From an uncultured Gammaproteobacteria bacterium (GTDB lineage Bacteria > Patescibacteriota > Patescibacteriia > Patescibacteriales > GWC2-42-12), in NCBI GenBank assembly GCA_964560005.1, contig CAZLKB010000004.1, positions 76,112-140,111 on the forward strand: a DNA stretch of 64,000 nt, in the 5' to 3' direction. A program made the position numbers and the translations under genes. The stretch's first letter is position 1. Each line of letters opens with the position of its first letter. Below, piece by piece: positions 61,254 through 64,000 of this stretch. The notes below the pieces were generated by a model. It was not told the DNA's origin and ran no database searches. It saw only the letters and a list, made by a program, of their open reading frames with translations.

Positions 61254-62171
61254 CTAATTTCTCTCCATTCCCCTTAACGCCGCGATCCTCTCCTCTATCG
61301 GCGGGTGGGTCATAAAGAGCTTGGTGAAAAAACCTATTTTATGCTCTTCGTTTTCTTTAAATGGCGAAGCGATATATAAATGCGCAGTAGCTCGGTTAGC
61401 CACTTCTAAAGGCTCTTGATCGGCCGAGATTTTTTGGAGCGCCCTGGCTAAACCCTCGGGATGGCGCGTCAGCATGGCGCCATCGGCATCAGCTAAAAAT
61501 TCTCGTTTGCGGGAAATCGCAAATTGCATTAAATAAGCGAAAATTGGCGCTAAAATTGACAAAATAATGGCCGCAATCATTAATATTAAACCTAGCTGGC
61601 CGCCGCCTTTATCGTTACTTCTCCTATGGCCGCCGAAAAAAGACCACCTTCTAAACCAGTCGGCCAGTAGCACGATCATGCCCACCATCACGGTTACTAG
61701 AGTGGCCAATAAAATATCGCGATTACCGACATGAGACAGCTCATGGGCAATTACGCCTTCCAGCTCTGACTTTTCTAGCTTAGAGAGTAAACCGACAGTA
61801 ACTGCGATCACTGCGTGCTCCGGATCTCGGCCGGTGGCGAAAGCGTTGGGCGCCGTATCGTTAATAATATAAATTTTCGGCAGAGGCAAACCGGCGGTGA
61901 TGCAAAGATTTTCTACGATATGGTATAGCTCGCGGTTTGAATCGTGGTCAATTTCCTTGGCGCTGGACATGGCTAAAACGATTTTATCGCTCCACCAATA
62001 ACTGATAAAACTGGTAACAACACTAAAAATAACGGCGAAGTAAAGAATGGCGCTATCATTCATGGCATAACTAAAAACATAGCCGATTAATATGATCGCC
62101 ACGAAGAAAACGGAAAACAACAGCCAGGTTTTTCTTTTATTGGAATCTATTTGAGTGTAAATTGTCGGCAT
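61254..62171 (-). CDS. htpX: Zinc metalloprotease HtpX (M48)
   Basis: 'HELSHVGNRD' and TM helices. C-terminal 'THPPIEERI'. Confidence 0.9.
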   Translation of the reverse strand: MPTIYTQIDSNKRKTWLLFSVFFVAIILIGYVFSYAMNDSAILYFAVIFSVVTSFISYWWSDKIVLAMSSAKEIDHDSNRELYHIVENLCITAGLPLPKIYIINDTAPNAFATGRDPEHAVIAVTVGLLSKLEKSELEGVIAHELSHVGNRDILLATLVTVMVGMIVLLADWFRRWSFFGGHRRSNDKGGGQLGLILMIAAIILSILAPIFAYLMQFAISRKREFLADADGAMLTRHPEGLARALQKISADQEPLEVANRATAHLYIASPFKENEEHKIGFFTKLFMTHPPIEERIAALRGMERN

Positions 62172-62285
62172 AATAAATTTTGAAGAACGAATTTTGAATT
62201 TTGAATCAATTTTGAATGAAATAATTATTAAACATTCAAAATTAAAAATTCAATCAAAATTCTAAATTCAAAATTAAAAATTTTC
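62172..62285. repeat. AT-rich palindromic module (GAATTTTGA / TCAAAATTC words)
   Basis: GAATTTTGAATTTTGAATCAATTTTGAATG is mirrored by CATTCAAAATTAAAAATTCAATCAAAATTCTAAATTCAAAATT. Confidence 0.85.
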
Positions 62286-62852
62286 TTAGAATTTCACATT
62301 CACCACTTCCTTTTCCTTAGCGTCTTCAATGCCAAAAAACTCTCTGGCCTTAAAGCCTAGCAAGCCGGCCATAAAGTTAGTCGGAAAAACCTGCAGTTTG
62401 GTATTAAAGTCGCGGACATTGCCGTTATAAAATCTTCTGGAAGCTTGCACTTTGTCTTCAGTATCGGTTAATTCTCTCTGTAATTCCAAAAAATTCTGGT
62501 TGGCCTTTAAGTCGGGATAGGCCTCCGATAAGGCAAACAGGGATTTCAAAGTCCCGGTCAGCATGTTTTCCGCTTCAGCCAATGCTTTGCTGTCGCCGCC
62601 GGCCTGCGCCTGCATAGCGGCATTCCTGGCCTTTGTCACTTTATCAAAAGTAGCCTGTTCGTGCGCCGCATAACCCTTAACGGTTTCCACTAAATTAGGA
62701 ATTAAATCATGGCGCCTCTTTAATTGAACATCAATATCCGACCAGGCTTCGTCAACGCGAACCTTCAAGCGGATTAAACTGTTGTACATGGCAATAATCG
62801 CAAAGATAATAATCGCGATAATCGCCAGAATGATCCAAAGAAATGTGTTCAT
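62286..62852 (-). CDS. lemA: LemA family protein
   Basis: 'MYNSLIRLKVRVDEAWSDIDVQLKRRHDLIPNLV'. The likely start is M15; the first 14 codons of the ORF lie in a repeat element. Confidence 0.85.
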   Translation of the reverse strand: MNTFLWIILAIIAIIIFAIIAMYNSLIRLKVRVDEAWSDIDVQLKRRHDLIPNLVETVKGYAAHEQATFDKVTKARNAAMQAQAGGDSKALAEAENMLTGTLKSLFALSEAYPDLKANQNFLELQRELTDTEDKVQASRRFYNGNVRDFNTKLQVFPTNFMAGLLGFKAREFFGIEDAKEKEVVNVKF

Positions 62853-62889
62853 AGATTTTGTCTGCCATCGCGTGCGACCACCTCTTTCC

Positions 62890-62955
62890 GTCATTCCCGC
62901 GAAGGCGGGAATCCAGACAAAATTCTTTTTGGATCCCTGCTTTCGCAGGGATGAC
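62890..62955. repeat. GTCATTCC...GGGATGAC GC-rich composite hairpin element
   Basis: GTCATTCCCGC-GAAG-GCGGGAAT and CCCTGC-TTTC-GCAGGG hairpins. Confidence 0.8.
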
Positions 62956-62993
62956 GAACCGAAGGCACTCCTCGCAATAACAGTTATTATTTT

Positions 62994-64000
62994 TTACTTC
63001 TTAGTTTTTACTTCTACTTTAACTTTTTTCCCCCTGACTTTAGCCGCGTAATACCCGGTCAGTATCGCCGCTACGCTCAAAATTTCCTCTTCACTTTTTT
63101 CCTCGCCCAACTTTAGCTCGCTCATTTTTAATTCCGTCTGCACATTTATTTCTTTGCTTTCATTTTTGATTCTTACTTTTGACTTCTTACTTCTTACTAA
63201 GCTCGTCGGTCCGGCTTCATCGCCCAAATCAATTAAAGTATCTCCGGCTTTAGCCAGCTTCTCCAGTTTTTGATTCTCTTTTTCATTCCTGCCGATCACC
63301 AATAACACTTTTCTCTCCGCTTCGGCATGCAGCCAAAAAATTCTACCGTATTTTAACAACTCTATATCGCTGCCCCGGCACTCGGACCAATATTCCAGCA
63401 TCTGCATCAGTTTCTCGCTAAAAACCCGATCGGTTAAAAGGCAGCCGCCGCTCGGATTCTCATATTCTTTTATATCATATTTCTTTAATAATTCAAATTG
63501 CGGTTTTCGCGACCGGCCGCTAATATCTAATAGCCGGCTCCGGTCAACCTTGCCTTCTCTTTCCGGATCAGATTCGTCTAATAATTTTGCCGAGAGCGGC
63601 CTGACTAATCTGCCCTTTAGGCCCGCGGCTTTTTCCACTATCTTCAAAGCTTCTAAATTCTGCGACATCGGCCGTTCGCCCAAGACTTCTCCGGTGGCGA
63701 TGAAATCAAAATCGTATATACCCCCTTTAGCAAAGGGGGGTTGGGGGGATTTAATGCCCCCCTTCAAAGGGGGGGGGAGGGGAGTTAAATATTCCGCCGC
63801 CTTTTTCAACATCATGGCGTGGCAGTCAATGCAGGGATTCATGTTTTTACCATAACCGTATTTAGGATTCTTTACCATTTTTAAATGTTCATCGGAAAAA
63901 TCTATTTCTATAAATTTCACGCCCAGTTGCTCGGCCGCTCTTCGCGCCTTATCTGTATCAAAAAAATAACTTTTAAAACTTACCCCGGTTACTTCAATCC
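62994..64000 (-). CDS. PP-loop/AANH-superfamily ATPase-like protein (thiouridylase-like), 5'-truncated by the window edge
   Basis: The frame stays open upstream of the GTG at 63920 ('IEVTGVSFKSYFFDTDKARRAAEQLG' reads through to nt 64000). 'NPCIDCHAMM' and 'ATGEVLGERPMSQ'. An in-frame insert 'PLPPPLKGGIKSPQPPFAKGG' lies at 63721-63786. Confidence 0.5.
   Translation of the reverse strand, partial: IEVTGVSFKSYFFDTDKARRAAEQLGVKFIEIDFSDEHLKMVKNPKYGYGKNMNPCIDCHAMMLKKAAEYLTPLPPPLKGGIKSPQPPFAKGGIYDFDFIATGEVLGERPMSQNLEALKIVEKAAGLKGRLVRPLSAKLLDESDPEREGKVDRSRLLDISGRSRKPQFELLKKYDIKEYENPSGGCLLTDRVFSEKLMQMLEYWSECRGSDIELLKYGRIFWLHAEAERKVLLVIGRNEKENQKLEKLAKAGDTLIDLGDEAGPTSLVRSKKSKVRIKNESKEINVQTELKMSELKLGEEKSEEEILSVAAILTGYYAAKVRGKKVKVEVKTKK
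63721..63786. repeat. CCCCC/GGGGG mini-hairpin pair in frame inside the PP-loop ATPase gene
   Basis: CCCCCTTTAGCAAAGGGGGG and CCCCCCTTCAAAGGGGGGGG, the same type as at 80-110 (CCCCCTTTTGAAGGGGG). Confidence 0.75.

Noticed and set aside
1-64000. Alternative genetic code (UGA recoding as in Gracilibacteria/Absconditabacteria), tRNA or rRNA genes, and group I/II introns.
   Set aside because: Long conserved ORFs read through cleanly under code 11 and end at TAA, TAG or TGA where expected (for example, TGA ends the Memo-AMMECR1 gene). I found no GTTCRANYC T-loop with acceptor context, no rRNA-like stretches, and no intron or reverse-transcriptase signatures.

Overview
A 64-kb chromosomal segment that reads like a streamlined, AT-leaning Patescibacteria/CPR (Parcubacteria-like) genome. 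That assignment is my inference from gene content and style; no database search was possible. It uses the standard genetic code and has about 50 protein genes, mostly on the minus strand. Recognisable genes are dprA-topA, ksgA/rsmA, leuS, xth, pdaD, a four-subunit pyruvate:ferredoxin oxidoreductase (porG-porD-porA ... porB), rpoB-rpoC, a MurE-like ligase with a FemAB-like transferase, ruvA, ftsH, rpsA, an ABC-2 exporter, proS, an IMPase-family gene, pilB/gspE, NIF3, htpX and lemA. I found no rRNA, tRNA, CRISPR array, transposase, integrase or cas gene. Points worth a second look: (1) leuS is one 1380-aa ORF whose canonical LeuRS blocks are interrupted by three hydrolase-type modules: Ham1/ITPase-like, a textbook Nudix box, and a YdeN-type serine hydrolase with an intact triad. 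(2) The por operon is split between porA and porB by a 2.6-kb block. It carries two Cys-rich VirB2/TrbC-like pilin paralogs that share a 224-bp 100%-identical core, plus a DUF4258/DUF2283-like pair. (3) About 20 intergenic gaps are filled by long imperfect AT-rich palindromes built from short words (TGAAAATT, GTAAAATGACA, ATAAAGTT, TACAAAT and others). These include a 140-bp element present twice, once between rpoB and rpoC and once between the ABC ATPase and permease genes. (4) The same AT-word repeats and GC-rich mini-hairpins also sit in frame inside housekeeping ORFs (ksgA, porA, porB, leuS, a PP-loop ATPase). (5) A 1414-aa surface fibre combines a 7-blade propeller, a YadA-head-like beta-roll and a C-terminal S74 intramolecular-chaperone domain. 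(6) An 86-bp direct repeat brackets a coiled-coil gene cassette. (7) A promoter- and terminator-bounded candidate sRNA lies after topA. (8) A ~50-nt three-way hairpin sits the same distance behind near-consensus promoters of ftsH and of the rpsA operon. (9) Compositionally foreign genes are present: a GC-rich BspA-type LRR protein and two orphans that carry Shine-Dalgarno sites most native genes lack. (10) A Memo-AMMECR1 fusion carries a lipoprotein signal. All domain calls rest on motifs read by eye.
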